Origin: Dictyostelium discoideum
Lineage: Eukaryota
Length of the DNA: 64,000 nt
Direction of reading: 5' to 3'
Assembly (NCBI GenBank): GCA_000004695.1
Contig: CM000152.2
Coordinates: 3,712,001-3,776,000 of the forward strand
Position 1 is the stretch's first letter. The number at the start of each line of letters is the position of its first letter. The notes beneath the pieces were generated by a model that was not told the DNA's origin, ran no database searches, and was given only the letters and a program-made list of their open reading frames with translations. This document shows, in pieces, positions 18,982 to 32,077 of this stretch. A program made the translations under genes and the position numbers.

Positions 18982-20120
18982 TAGTCTGGTAAAGTTTATG
19001 TTGAACATGCAAATAAGATGGAAAAGAAATCAAAAGATTTAATGAAAAATGTAAAAGATTTAGATTTTTCTATGGATATTTTAAAAGATATAGTTGATGA
19101 GAATAAAAATAATAACAATAGTAATAATAGTGTTGATAATAATAATAGTTTAAAAAAAGGTAGAACATCAACACCAAATAAAAAACAAAAAACATCAAAT
19201 TCAACTACAACTACAACAACAACTACAACTACCACCACTGCAACAACACCAAATTTATTAAATACACCATTATCATCACCACCATATACTCCCTGTTCAC
19301 CATCAACAATATCAACAGTATCTTCAACACCAACAACACCACAGTCAGCTGATTGTCCTTTATCACCTTTTCAACAACAACAACAACAACAAACACAAGC
19401 TCAACAACAACCTACATCAAATTCACCTAGAAATACAACCACTACCACCACCACTATCACTAGTCCTATATCACCTCGTGAGACAAATAAAGATGTTATA
19501 ATGGAAGAGGAAGAAGAATCATCATCATCTTCATTATCATCATCATCATTAGCACTAAATAGTCAAAATGAAAATGGAGTTAATAAATCAATTGAAGATA
19601 GCACTGGTGTTAAAATGGAATCAGAAGAATCAACAAATGTAAAAAAAGAAGAAAATCAATCAGGAGATTGTGAAAATCAAACTACTACTACAACAACAAA
19701 AGAAGAAGGAGAAGAACAACAAGAGCAAGAAGATGAGGAACAACAACAACAACAACAACAACAAGAAGAACAAACACTAGAAATAGAGAATGAAGAAGAT
19801 ATCATTAATAATTTTAATAGTGAAATTGAGAGTTTAAATAATGATTTCTCAGAGAAAACATTACAACTTTCAATACAAATCAAAGAGATTAGTGAAAAAA
19901 CAGAGCATTTTAAAATTAACAATTCAAAAATTCAACAAAATTTAGATGAATTACCATTAGCCGATAAATTAAATTTAGATATTAATAATGCAAAGGAATT
20001 AGTTGATGATAATATTGAACTTGATGATTCTGAAATTATAATACCGCCCTACCTTAATAATAATAATAATAATTGTAATAATAATAATAATAATAATGAT
20101 AATAATAATAATAATAATAT

Positions 20121-20152
<32 letters not shown>

Positions 20153-20395
20153 GTTTAGAAAATTCATTTGAAATTGAAAAATCAAAAAAGATTAATAAGT
20201 TTAAAGAGTTAACTAAAGAGAATAGAGTTAGAAAATTAAAATATTTTTTAGATCAACAATCATTACCATTTAATAAGAGAGAGGCATTCATAAGAACACC
20301 TTATTTTATGAATACTTTTTATAATTTAGATTTACAACAACAAAATCAAAAGCAACAACAAATTTTTAATCAAGAAATAAATGATAATGACGATG

Positions 20396-20469
<74 letters not shown>

Positions 20470-21417
20470 CCAAAAGTAATGAGTGCCATTCAAAAAATGG
20501 ATCAAGATTTTATGGATTTAAAAGTTGGATTTTTTCCAGAACTTACACATCTCTCAAATAGTATACCAATTATAACACCAAATTATCCAATTACTTGTAA
20601 AAATTCATCAATTGATAATTCAGTAACAACTCCTTCAAAATCTTTATTACGATTATTAAACTCTAGTAAAAGTAATAATAATAGTAATAATAAAAAAGAA
20701 AAACAGTGTAATTATAATAGAGAAGGAGAAGATGATGAAGGAAGAGGAGAGGAACAAAAAGAAAAAGAAGAAGAAAAAGAAGATGAAGATTTTCCAAATA
20801 TAATAACAAATGATATAGCGTATATTTTATTATCAAAATCAATTGCAAAATCAATTGAAAGTGAATCATGTTTACATGGTACAACTCAAGAGACAATGTT
20901 AATTTTTACCGATATTGTTAGTTCATTTATTGGTAAAATTGGAAAATTATTTAATAAATATTATTCAAATAATGGTTTACCAAATAATAAATCAACAACA
21001 ACCCAAACAACACCAACAACACAATTACAACCGCCGCCACCACCACCATCATTATCATTACCTCCATCCCTTTTATTAAATTCAATTGTTACAGATATTT
21101 TTGGTGATAGTTTAGGTATATTATTATTAAAAGATTATATGATTAAAAAATCCAAAAATCAACAAATCTATGATGACCCTTTGTTTGAATTAGAGGTGGA
21201 GTTTGAAAATGATCATTTACAATCTGATAATATTTTACAAAATAATAATGGGGATATTGATATCAATGAATCTATGGAAATTGATATCCTTGGTGAAGAT
21301 GATATCATTGATATAGATGATACAGTTAACACCATCACTACCACCACCACAACAACTACTACTTTCTCTTACAATACCAACAAGAAAAGAAAATTACCAA
21401 ATGAAAAGGAAAACTAG
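17649..21417 (+). CDS. Large bromodomain-containing chromatin protein. Exon 1 is 17649..18818 and exon 2 is 18985..21417. The frame stays open after a single TAG; see findings.
   Basis: The bromodomain core '[61 protein letters not shown]' ends at a GTAAGT donor at 18819. After a 166-nt A/AAT intron with an AG at 18983-18984, exon 2 resumes in phase 0 with 'SGKVYVEHANKMEKK', completing the bromodomain ZA/BC helices. The rest is coiled-coil and low-complexity (polyQ, polyN, polyT, acidic) sequence. Confidence 0.75.
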
Positions 21418-23142
<1,725 letters not shown>

Positions 23143-23546
23143 AAAAGTTTCAACAAAACCAAAAGAAAAAGAAAAAGAAAGAGAAAAAGAAAAAGAAAAA
23201 GATAAAGAAAAAGATAAAGAGAAAGAAAAGGATAAAGAAAGAGAAAAAGAAAAAGAAAGAGAAAGAGAAAAAGAAAAGGATAGAAAGTTTAAAAAGGTTA
23301 AAAAAACAGAATCAAAAAAAGAATCAAAAAAATCATTAAATGATTCATCAAATAGCGATATTAACACTTCAGTTGAGCAACATTCACCACTTTCTCCTCA
23401 ACCAATTTCATCTTCAAAACCAACACCACCTCCAGTATCTTCAAAACAACCACAAACAACGCAATCAAATACTACTACCACTCAAGATTCTATACCACCA
23501 ATTGAACAAAAGAAAAAGAGAGGTAGACCTCAAAAAAAACAATAAA

Positions 23547-23588
<42 letters not shown>

Positions 23589-23631
23589 TTTTTTCAAATT
23601 AAACAAAAAATAATAATAATAATATTAATAA

Positions 23632-23810
<179 letters not shown>

Positions 23811-23900
23811 TTTGATTGTTGTGCGATCAATCCAAATTAATTTATTTAATTTTTTTGTTCTATTTTTAGCTATACATTTTTTTTTTTATTTTTTTTATTT

Positions 23901-24821
23901 TTAAAGTAATACAGAAATTAAAACTGTAATTAAAAGTGAAACAAACAAATTGAATTTTAATTTTGGTGATATAGAAGATTCACTTAAATCTGGAACTTTA
24001 GTGCTATTAACTATTGGGTCTATAATGATGATTTCGTTTGAACAATCTAAACCGGTAAAAGGATAGTTACAACGACAAATACCATTTGGCATACAAACCC
24101 CTCTTGTTAATCCACCACATTCTTGATTACCTGCACAACCAAATGATGAGTCAGTAGTGAACGAGGTGGTTGTGGCGGATATTGTTGTTTGAAAACTAGT
24201 GGTAGTGATTGGAGAGTTAGAAGTTGTTGTTGGATTATAAGAAGTGGTTTGGCCTGTTGTATAACTTGATGTGGTTGAAGTTGTAGTGAATGGATAGCTA
24301 GAAGTGGGGTAGGAGGTGGTAGTAGAATCAGTAGTAGTGATTGGATAACTAGAAGTGGGGAAGGAGGTGGTAGTAGAATCAGCAGTAGTGATTGGAGAGC
24401 TAGAAGTTGTTGTTGGATTATAAGAAGTGGTTTGGCCTGTTGTATAACTTGATGTGGTTGAAGATGTAGTAGATGTGGTAACTGGTGAGCCGGTTGTCAT
24501 ATTATTTGGGAAATCAACTGAACACTCGAATCTATCATCAATTATACAATCAATTTTACTTCCAACACATTTGAGATCATTTTTGGTTGAACCCTTTATA
24601 GTAGAATAAGGATCAGATGTTGAACAAGTGATATCCTCATTATAACAATAAGTAACACCTTTTCCTTGACAAATAATTAATGAATTGCCTTGATAATTTA
24701 ATATCAACATTGATTTCGATGTATCATATTGACATTTTGCTGTTGGTTTTGATTTTACAACAACAAAATTACAATTTATTATAATAAAAACTAATAAAAA
24801 TAAATAATTTGATTTATTCAT
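23901..24821 (-). CDS. Secreted Ser/Thr-rich mucin-like glycoprotein with a C-terminal EGF-like domain and a hydrophobic GPI-anchor/TM tail
   Basis: The N-terminus 'MNKSNYLFLLVFIIINCNFVVVKS' is signal-peptide-like and is followed by a Cys-rich N-domain. An internal duplicated block 'TTSSYTTGQTTSYNPTTTS(S/N)SPITT' is present, along with 'TTTDSTTTSYPTSSYP' repeats. The EGF-like domain is 'CAGNQECGGLTRGVCMPNGICRCNYPFTGLDCS', and the C-terminus 'LFVSLLITVLISVLL' is hydrophobic. Confidence 0.65.
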   Translation of the reverse strand: MNKSNYLFLLVFIIINCNFVVVKSKPTAKCQYDTSKSMLILNYQGNSLIICQGKGVTYCYNEDITCSTSDPYSTIKGSTKNDLKCVGSKIDCIIDDRFECSVDFPNNMTTGSPVTTSTTSSTTSSYTTGQTTSYNPTTTSSSPITTADSTTTSFPTSSYPITTTDSTTTSYPTSSYPFTTTSTTSSYTTGQTTSYNPTTTSNSPITTTSFQTTISATTTSFTTDSSFGCAGNQECGGLTRGVCMPNGICRCNYPFTGLDCSNEIIIIDPIVNSTKVPDLSESSISPKLKFNLFVSLLITVLISVLL

Positions 24822-25207
24822 TTTTTATTAATCTATTTTTAAAAATTATGAGAAATAGAATAAGAAAAAAAAAAAAAAAAAAAAAAGAAAAACTTGCACT
24901 GTTCTTTTTTTTTTTTTTTTTTTTTTTCTTGACTATTTTACATCAATAAAAAATTATTTTTAAAATTTTTTTTTTTTTTAGAAACACACTGTTTATTTGA
25001 AAATACGAATCAATTTTTTCCTAAAAACACAAGAAAAAATCTGAATTTTTTATTTTTTTTATTTTTTTTTATTTTTTAATTTTTTTATTTTTTTTTAGAA
25101 ATCAAAGACACTTCAAAGTTTTTCAATTTTTAAAAAAAAAAATATTATTAAATTTATTTATTATTTATTATTTTTTTTTTTTTTTTTTTTAATTTTCTTT
25201 TTAATTT

Positions 25208-25786
25208 TTAATCAATTTGATTATAAATAGCATCAATGAACCTTACCCCAATGGTTTTTGAATATCCAAGTTTTAAATTTTTTAAAATCCTTGAATTATT
25301 ATTATCGTATACGTGGCTAATTGGTGTTATGTTATTTTTTAGTAAACAAATAATTAATTTGGCTTTTACTTGATTACCATAACCAGTTCCAGAAAATCTA
25401 TCTTGAGTATGAAAATTTCCAATTTGACCATCACTCCAAATTACACCCCAAGAAGCCAATACATTTTCACAACAATCATCAAGTTTTTTAATCCTATATC
25501 CATATGAAAAACCACTCTCAATAGAGCATTTTAATTCATCATATGTAAATTCTGATTTATAATTTTTATATTTATCTTTATATATATATATTTTTTTTAA
25601 AATTAGTTTTTTTTTTTTTTTTTTTTAATTTTTTTTTTTTTTTTTTTTTTTTTTATTTATTTTTTTTTACTTACTAACAAAATCAATATCATTTAGTGTT
25701 AAAAGTACAACGTTTTTATCAATAATTTTTTCTAATTCGGAAATTTTTTCATCAATATTTTCAAGTTTTATTATATATTCGGACAT
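25208..25786 (-). CDS. Hypothetical protein of about 160 aa. Two exons: 25786..25675 and 25575..25208.
   Basis: Exon 1 'MSEYIIKLENIDEKISELEKIIDKNVVLLTLNDIDFV' ends with 'A' before a GTAAGT donor (25674..25669). The acceptor is 'tatataaAG' at 25577-25576. Exon 2 continues in frame as 'NKYKNYKSEFTYDELKCSIESGFSYGYRIKKLDDCCENVLASWGVIWSDGQIGNFHTQDRFSGTGYGNQ...AIYNQID*'. I recognise no family. Confidence 0.4.
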
Positions 25787-26006
25787 TTTCTCTCCACTAT
25801 TTGTTTTAAATCCTCTAATTTTTAATGAATTTTGTAATAACTCTATTAATTTATTATCCTTAATATCACCAAAATAAATATTTTCTCTTTTTGTTTTTTT
25901 ATTGATAATTATTATTAATAATAAATTAATTTTTTTTTTATTTTTTTATTTTTTTTTTTAAATGTAATTTTAGTATTTAATTATAATTAATTTTAAATAA
26001 ATAAAT

Positions 26007-26375
26007 TTATATATACATTTTCTCATTTAAATTATTTTGAATTGCATTATATTTTTTCCTAAATGATAAAATACTTTTAAGGTCTTCCAGATTTTCATTT
26101 TTAAAATTTTGTAATAAAAATCCCCTTCTCCAATTAATTGAATCTAATACCACTTTAATTTTATCAAATTCATCATTTGCATATATTTTAAACATACCAT
26201 TAATTTTTATTGATATTAAAATATTTGGTTTTATTAAATCATCTATAAACCACAATGTTTTACCAATTTGTAACTCATTTCCAGCATTTTCAAGTTGACT
26301 GAATCCGTTAGATTTCATTTTTTCTAAGAACTCTCTTTTTTCATTTTCATTTTTTAAAAAATATAACTGTGACAT
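26007..26375 (-). CDS. Hypothetical 122-aa protein
   Basis: A genuine ATG at 26375 (MSQLYFLKNENEKREFLEKMKSNGFSQLENAGNELQIGKTLWFIDDLIKPNILISIKINGMFKIYANDEFDKIKVVLDSINWRRGFLLQNF...). Codon usage is typical of D. discoideum coding sequence, with no recognisable domain. Confidence 0.4.
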   Translation of the reverse strand: MSQLYFLKNENEKREFLEKMKSNGFSQLENAGNELQIGKTLWFIDDLIKPNILISIKINGMFKIYANDEFDKIKVVLDSINWRRGFLLQNFKNENLEDLKSILSFRKKYNAIQNNLNEKMYI

Positions 26376-26469
26376 TATAATAAAATTAAATATTAATAGT
26401 TTTATTATTTAAATAAAAAAAAAAAAAAAATCAATTATATTAAATTAAAAATTAAAAAAATTAAATAAC

Positions 26470-26500
<31 letters not shown>

Positions 26501-26666
26501 GAAAGAAAAAAAAAGAAATAAAATCATTTTAACTATTTTTTTTTTTAAATTAATTAAAAAAAAAAATTTAAAAAAAAAAAAAAAATTATTATTACATGTA
26601 ATACTAATATAATAAATAATTAAAGATTGAATTATCGATTTTTTTTTTTTTTTTTTTCAATACCCT

Positions 26667-26776
26667 CACAAGAAATCTAAACACCCACCAAAAGTTAAAT
26701 TAATATGTAAAAAAAAAAAAAAAAAAATATTTTCCCATATTAATTTTACTTTTGGTGCGTGTTTGGATTTCTTGTG
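26667..26776. repeat. Long imperfect inverted repeat (hairpin), about 40-bp arms and a 28-bp A-rich loop
   Basis: The left arm 'cacaagaaatctaaacacccaccaaaagttaaattaatatg' is the reverse complement of the right arm 'catattaattttacttttggtgcgtgtttggatttcttgtg', with two mismatches. This is direct reading. Confidence 0.8.
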
Positions 26777-26845
26777 TTTTTTTAAAAATAAAATAAAATA
26801 AAATAAAATAAAATTTAAACATTTTAATATTAATTTTTTATTCCA

Positions 26846-26877
<32 letters not shown>

Positions 26878-27180
26878 TAATAACTAAAATATATTAAATA
26901 TTACTGTTATTTGATTTAATTGCTATTAAAAATTTTTATCAAAAAAATCACCTCTTTATTAGGTTTTTAATTTTAAATATAAAAGTTTCTCTTTTTCAAG
27001 AAATGACTTGAATTTAAAAATACCATTTGGATTATTGAATTCCACTACTTAGAATTATCCATATATCGTTTCATCAATAAAGAGTGGTAAATTTCACTTT
27101 TTTTCGTTATATTTGGATAAGGTTTTATCACCACAGTTACCTAATCTTGGACATCTATGCCATAATGTTCCAATGGCCTT

Positions 27181-27362
27181 AACGAATGTATTTACTAGTT
27201 TTTCGTTTTCGTCTCTACTTCTGCCAAAATCATTAATCGATTTCACACAAATATAATGATGAATGCAATATTAATGATTTCGGCACTAGTAGAGAAGAAA
27301 ACGAAAAACTAGTCAATACATTCGGCACTAGTAGAGAAGAAAACGAAAAATTAGTCAATAAA
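27181..27362. repeat. Composite element: a roughly 55-bp inverted repeat with a 30-bp spacer, followed immediately by a 42-bp tandem duplication of the distal arm
   Basis: The reverse complement of 'aacgaatgtatttactagtttttcgttttcgtctctacttctgccaaaatcattaatcg' matches '...aatgatttcggcactagtagagaagaaaacgaaaaactagtcaatacattcgg' at about 85%. The unit 'ttcggcactagtagagaagaaaacgaaaaaYtagtcaataMa' occurs twice in tandem (27279-27320 and 27321-27362). Confidence 0.8.
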
Positions 27363-27978
27363 AAGGGTGGGTTAGTGAAAACAATCACAAAAAAAAAAAA
27401 AAAAAAAAAATTAATTTAAATATTGATTTAAAAAAAATAAAAAAAAAAATAAAAAAAAAATAAAAAAAAAAAATAAATTTTTATTGTAAATAGTTAAATG
27501 ACCATTTTTAATTTTTTTATTTATTGTATTTTGTAAATTAACAAAAAAAAAAAAAAAAAATTTTCACAAAAAATTTTAAACTTTTTTTGATCCATTTTTA
27601 CCAGCACCATTCCCCATCTCAATTTATCACAATCTTGATCCATTTTTTTTTTTTTAAAACAATAAAAATAATAATACTAATAATAATAATAGTGGTAATA
27701 ATAACAGTAGTATTGTTAATAAAAAATATTGTTAATAAAATAAAAAATAAAAAATAAAAAAAAAAAAATTAATTAATGTGAAAATATCAGGAGGGGTTTT
27801 TTTTTTTTTATTTTTTTTTTATTTTTTTTAAAAAAATTATTTCATCATTCATTAGTTATTGGTACAATATCAATGAAAAATGAAATAAATTGATAACATG
27901 ATAAGATCATATTTTTATAAAATCAATATTAATGAAAGCTATATATGTTGTAATTATAGGTACTATGCACAAAGTAAA

Positions 27979-28353
27979 ATGACAAAAAAAGGTAGTTCTA
28001 ATAGTAGTAAACAACAGCAACAGCAACAGCAAATAATAATTAACAATAATGCAAAAGTTGACGAACCAATAATAAAAATTAATGTAAATGTTCACCCAAA
28101 TTCCAAAGAATCATCAATAGTATCATTTGAAGATCAAATATTATCACTAAGAATCTCTGAACCACCAATAGATGGTAAAGCAAATATTGGAGTTATAGAA
28201 TTCCTTTCAAAAGAATTAAATATTAGAAAGAGTAATATTGAAGTTGGTAAAGGTTCAAAGTCTAGAAATAAATCTGTAGAAATTGATATTTCAAGTGAAA
28301 ATATAACAAAAGATGAATTATTTGAAAGAATTAAAAGTAAATTAAATAATTGA
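27979..28353 (+). CDS. YggU / DUF167 (UPF0235) family protein
   Basis: '...IKINVNVHPNSKESSIVSFEDQILSLRISEPPIDGKANIGVIEFLSKELNIRKSNIEVGKGSKSRNKSVEI' matches the YggU family consensus (the V.P.AK...I pattern, LKIRLTAPPVDGKAN, G..SR.K.V.I). I place the start at MTKKGSSNSS, ATG at 27979, because the track's 27898 start is a non-ATG codon. Confidence 0.65.
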   Translation: MTKKGSSNSSKQQQQQQQIIINNNAKVDEPIIKINVNVHPNSKESSIVSFEDQILSLRISEPPIDGKANIGVIEFLSKELNIRKSNIEVGKGSKSRNKSVEIDISSENITKDELFERIKSKLNN

Positions 28354-28586
28354 AAAAAAAAAAAAAAAAAAATTTAAAAAAAATTGAAAAATAAATAAAT
28401 AAATAAAGATTAATTATACAAACAATAAACATACCATTTAAAATCATTCCGAATTAACAACAATTCGATTTTAAAAGAAAATATTAAAAAAAAAAAAAAA
28501 AAAAAAATATATATATCCTTTTTAAATAGATTTTCAAAGGTTATTGTTGTAGGGAATTTTTTTTGAAATTTCGCTTTCTAAACGGC

Positions 28587-28638
28587 AGTGAATTTTTACA
28601 CTAAAATACACTGTTTATACATAGTGTAAAAATTCACT
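28587..28638. repeat. Perfect 17-bp inverted repeat with an 18-bp loop in the convergent 3' intergenic region (candidate terminator-like hairpin)
   Basis: 'agtgaatttttacacta' pairs with 'tagtgtaaaaattcact' as exact reverse complements. It lies between the stop of the YggU gene (28353, + strand) and the stop of paralog 1 (28763, - strand). Confidence 0.8.
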
Positions 28639-28762
28639 AAAATTTTTTTTTTTTTTTTTATAAATTAAAAACAATTTATTTAATCAAAATAATAAAAAAA
28701 CTAATTTTAAACAATTATTTGTTGTTTAAGAATTAAATAACAATTTAAATTGTATTCTTTTG

Positions 28763-29352
28763 TTATTTTAATTTTAATATTTTCATTTTTAAAGAATTTT
28801 TATCTTTTGCAGAGAAATCAATAAAATCTATTAATAGATTTGATAGTTCAAAATTTAATGAATTTATTGATTTGACAACTATATCATTTAATAATTTTGA
28901 ATTAAATAATGACGATTGATTTGATTTAGTTTGAATTTTTAATAAATATTTACTGTTTTGATCGGATGATATTATGTTTTTAAATATTTGAGTGTAGCCT
29001 TTTTTAGATGCAATACAGAGACAATTATAAAGATAATTGATTGTATTATCATTTATATTTGCAATAAAATAATTGATAAATAATTCAAGGTAATAACTTG
29101 ATGATATACCATATATACAATATTCATTTGTAAAAATTGAAAAATAATCAGGATTAAATAAAACCTCTGGTAATTTATCAAAAAGATAAATAATATCATC
29201 AACTCTATCTAAATTGTAAAGACAAACTAATAACATTCTGATTGAAATTGTAAAATTGAATGATTCTGTTTTACCAATAGTTAAACATCCAACATCTTTA
29301 CTCTTTTTAGGTGATAAAAGATTTGCTGTGGTTGTTGTTGTTGTTGTTGTTT

Positions 29353-29386
<34 letters not shown>

Positions 29387-31681
29387 GGCTGTCAATGTGG
29401 TTGTGAGTTCAATTTTACTATTAATTTCTTCAAAGCTTTTATTATCAGTTTTTAAATTAATTACTTTTAACTTTGTTTCAATTGATTCTTTTGAAATATT
29501 ATTAAATAAAAACTTGATAAAAGTTAACATTTTACTTGTATATGGATTAAAACTAGATTCAAAAATTTCCAAACTCAATGGATGTTTTAATTGTGCATTT
29601 GATAAAAAGTTAATAATTGAATTTTCTTTGTTGTCTTTTATATTCGAATCAACTAGCCCTTCAGAAACAATATCAAAATAACCATCAAAACCAATTGAAT
29701 ATACTGATGGTTTTAAAATTGCTATATTTAATCGATCTAAAAAATTTTGATCAAACCAACGATAAAAATCTAATTTGCATCTTTTCCCAATACTATCCAT
29801 TAAATATTCATAATGTTCAATAAGTTCTAATTGAATTTGTTTCCAAATTTCATTTTGATCTTTAAAAAATAAACATTCATCCCTGTAATTTTGAAAATAA
29901 AAGTCTAATATTTCTTTTTTATCGATAAGATGACAATAATCGCCTATTAATTTACCAATGCTTGGATATTTAGTTATTTTTTGTGTTTGATTAAGTTGTA
30001 ATTGCTTTATTTTTTTTAAAAAATAATCTATTAACTCTATATCATTACTTGAAAATACTGCTTTAAAAAATATATAATGATCATATTCTTCAAAAGTTTT
30101 CACATATTTATTATCTAAAACATTTAATATTAATTCGAATTTTTCATTTTTTTCAATGTTTATATCTTTTAATATGCTTTGAAAAAATAATTGATGATCA
30201 AAACTTCTACCATTCCATTTATTGACAACACGCTCATACATTTTATCTACACTTTCTTTTTTAAAATTTAAATAATAGAGTAATGGTTTTCTAAAAAGCC
30301 TTTCATTTGCTGAATATACTGAGCAATAGAAAAATAAACAAATTGATTTATAAAATTTTTTAATAATATCTTTTAAATTAATATTATTACTTGCTGTAGA
30401 TGTTGTTATTGTTAAATTGGTTGTTGGGGTTAAGGTTAAGGTTAAGGTTGAGGTTGAGGTTGAGGTTGAGGTTGAGGTTGAGGTTGGAGTGGTATGATTT
30501 AATAAATTTTTAATTGTTGAATTTAATTGATCATTTGTAAATTGTGATGTTTGTATTTCATTTAATTCTAATATTTTTTGATTTAATTTTTCATAATACT
30601 TTTTATTATTAGGGTGTATTTTGATTTTTTCTTTTTGTTCTTGTTGTTCCATTCGTTCTTGTAAGTTTGTTGATTCTATTAATCTTTTATATGATTTTAT
30701 TAGTTTTTTAAATTTATTATCGAATGAAAGAAATGCTGATAAATCGGTGCTAATGAATGGCAATAATTTATGTGATGTTGGAATACTATTAATTGATTTT
30801 AAGTAATTGTAAATTTTTAATTTATCATATGTAGTATTACCAAAGACCGATGGTTTAACATGAATTTTTATAGCTTTTTTAATAACTTCTGAATCGATTT
30901 TAAAAAATTTGATAAATTGATCTAGTGCTGTAAAATTTACATTTTCAATCATTCTTTGAATCCATTTATCAATATCTTCATCGAATTGAATAGTTGAAGA
31001 TAGTTGTATTGGTAGTGAAGTTGAGGTTGATGAATATCTTGAAAATAATAAATTATAAAATGATCTTGTTTTCTCATCATTTTTTTTAAATTTATTAATA
31101 ATATTGGTAATATTGTATTTATTTCTTATTATTTGATTATTATTATTACTTTTAATATTATCTATAATTATTTCCATTGAATTACTTTTGCCATTTAAAA
31201 AGACTCCATTACAACCAATTAAATCATAATAACCATATTGTTTATTTTTAAAATTTGAAAATATGTGTTTAAATATTACTATATTTCTAAAAACTTTCCA
31301 AAAATAAATTTCAACTGGTTCAACATCTTTAAATGTTAATATATATTGTTTTTCTTGTGGTTGTGGTTGTTGTTGTTCCTCTTCTTTTTTTTCTTCTTGT
31401 TGATTGGTTTCATTATTTGTAAGATTGTTTTTTACTTTTTTTGATAAAAAATAACCTTCAATTCTATTATAGACTAATTGTTTTTTACCATTACTTGCTA
31501 AACCTAATGATTTTGCAATTATTTGTAATTCTCTGTAATTTGTTGAACCACTGTCAAAATCTTTTTTAAACTTTTTATAAGTTAATAAACCATTATCAAT
31601 GCCATCACTATCATCATCATCATTATCTTTTTCATGATGTCGATTAATATTTTCGATTTCTTTTCTTTTATTACTTATCAT
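28763..31681 (-). CDS. Paralog 1 of a tandem gene family: a 972-aa protein with an N-terminal SAP-like DNA-binding motif, Thr/Ser-Thr repeat tracts and a large uncharacterised helical C-terminal region
   Basis: A single ORF with an ATG at 31681. The N-terminal '[34 protein letters not shown]' fits the SAP motif pattern (L..L...A...GL...G.K..L..RI). The tracts (TS)n/(TL)n and T11KT8 are encoded by ACN codons. It is about 85-90% identical to the three downstream ORFs. Confidence 0.8.
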
Positions 31682-31988
31682 TTTTATAATAAAAATAAAA
31701 TAAAATTATTAATAGTTTGATTTCGTGATTCAATCAAAAAAAAAAAAAAAAAGCATGGGCTTGTCAAAAAATTTAAATGTTTTTATTTTTTTTTTTTTTG
31801 ACAACCTTAGACTTTTTTTTTTTTTTCTAAATTTATTTTAATTAATAAAAAACAAATAAATAAATATTAATTTAAATAAATTTAATTATGCAAGATTTTT
31901 TATTTTTTTTCATATTGTTTTTTTTTGATGGCTTTTAATAAAAAATCTTTAAAAAATTCTTTCAAAATCTGTTAATTATTTTTTAAAC

Positions 31989-32022
<34 letters not shown>

Positions 32023-32077
32023 CCTTGAATGGAAATTAATTTATTGTTAAAATTTTTTTATTTATTGTATTCTTTTG

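Noticed and set aside
29256-29823. Plus-strand ORFs inside each paralog (29256..29681, 32571..32954, 36123..36470, 40238..40687, 30621..30806, 33846..34031), e.g. '[29 protein letters not shown]...'
   Set aside because: They are antisense to the minus-strand paralog CDS. The poly-Val is the complement of the poly-Thr (ACN) tract, and they are conserved only because the sense strand is.
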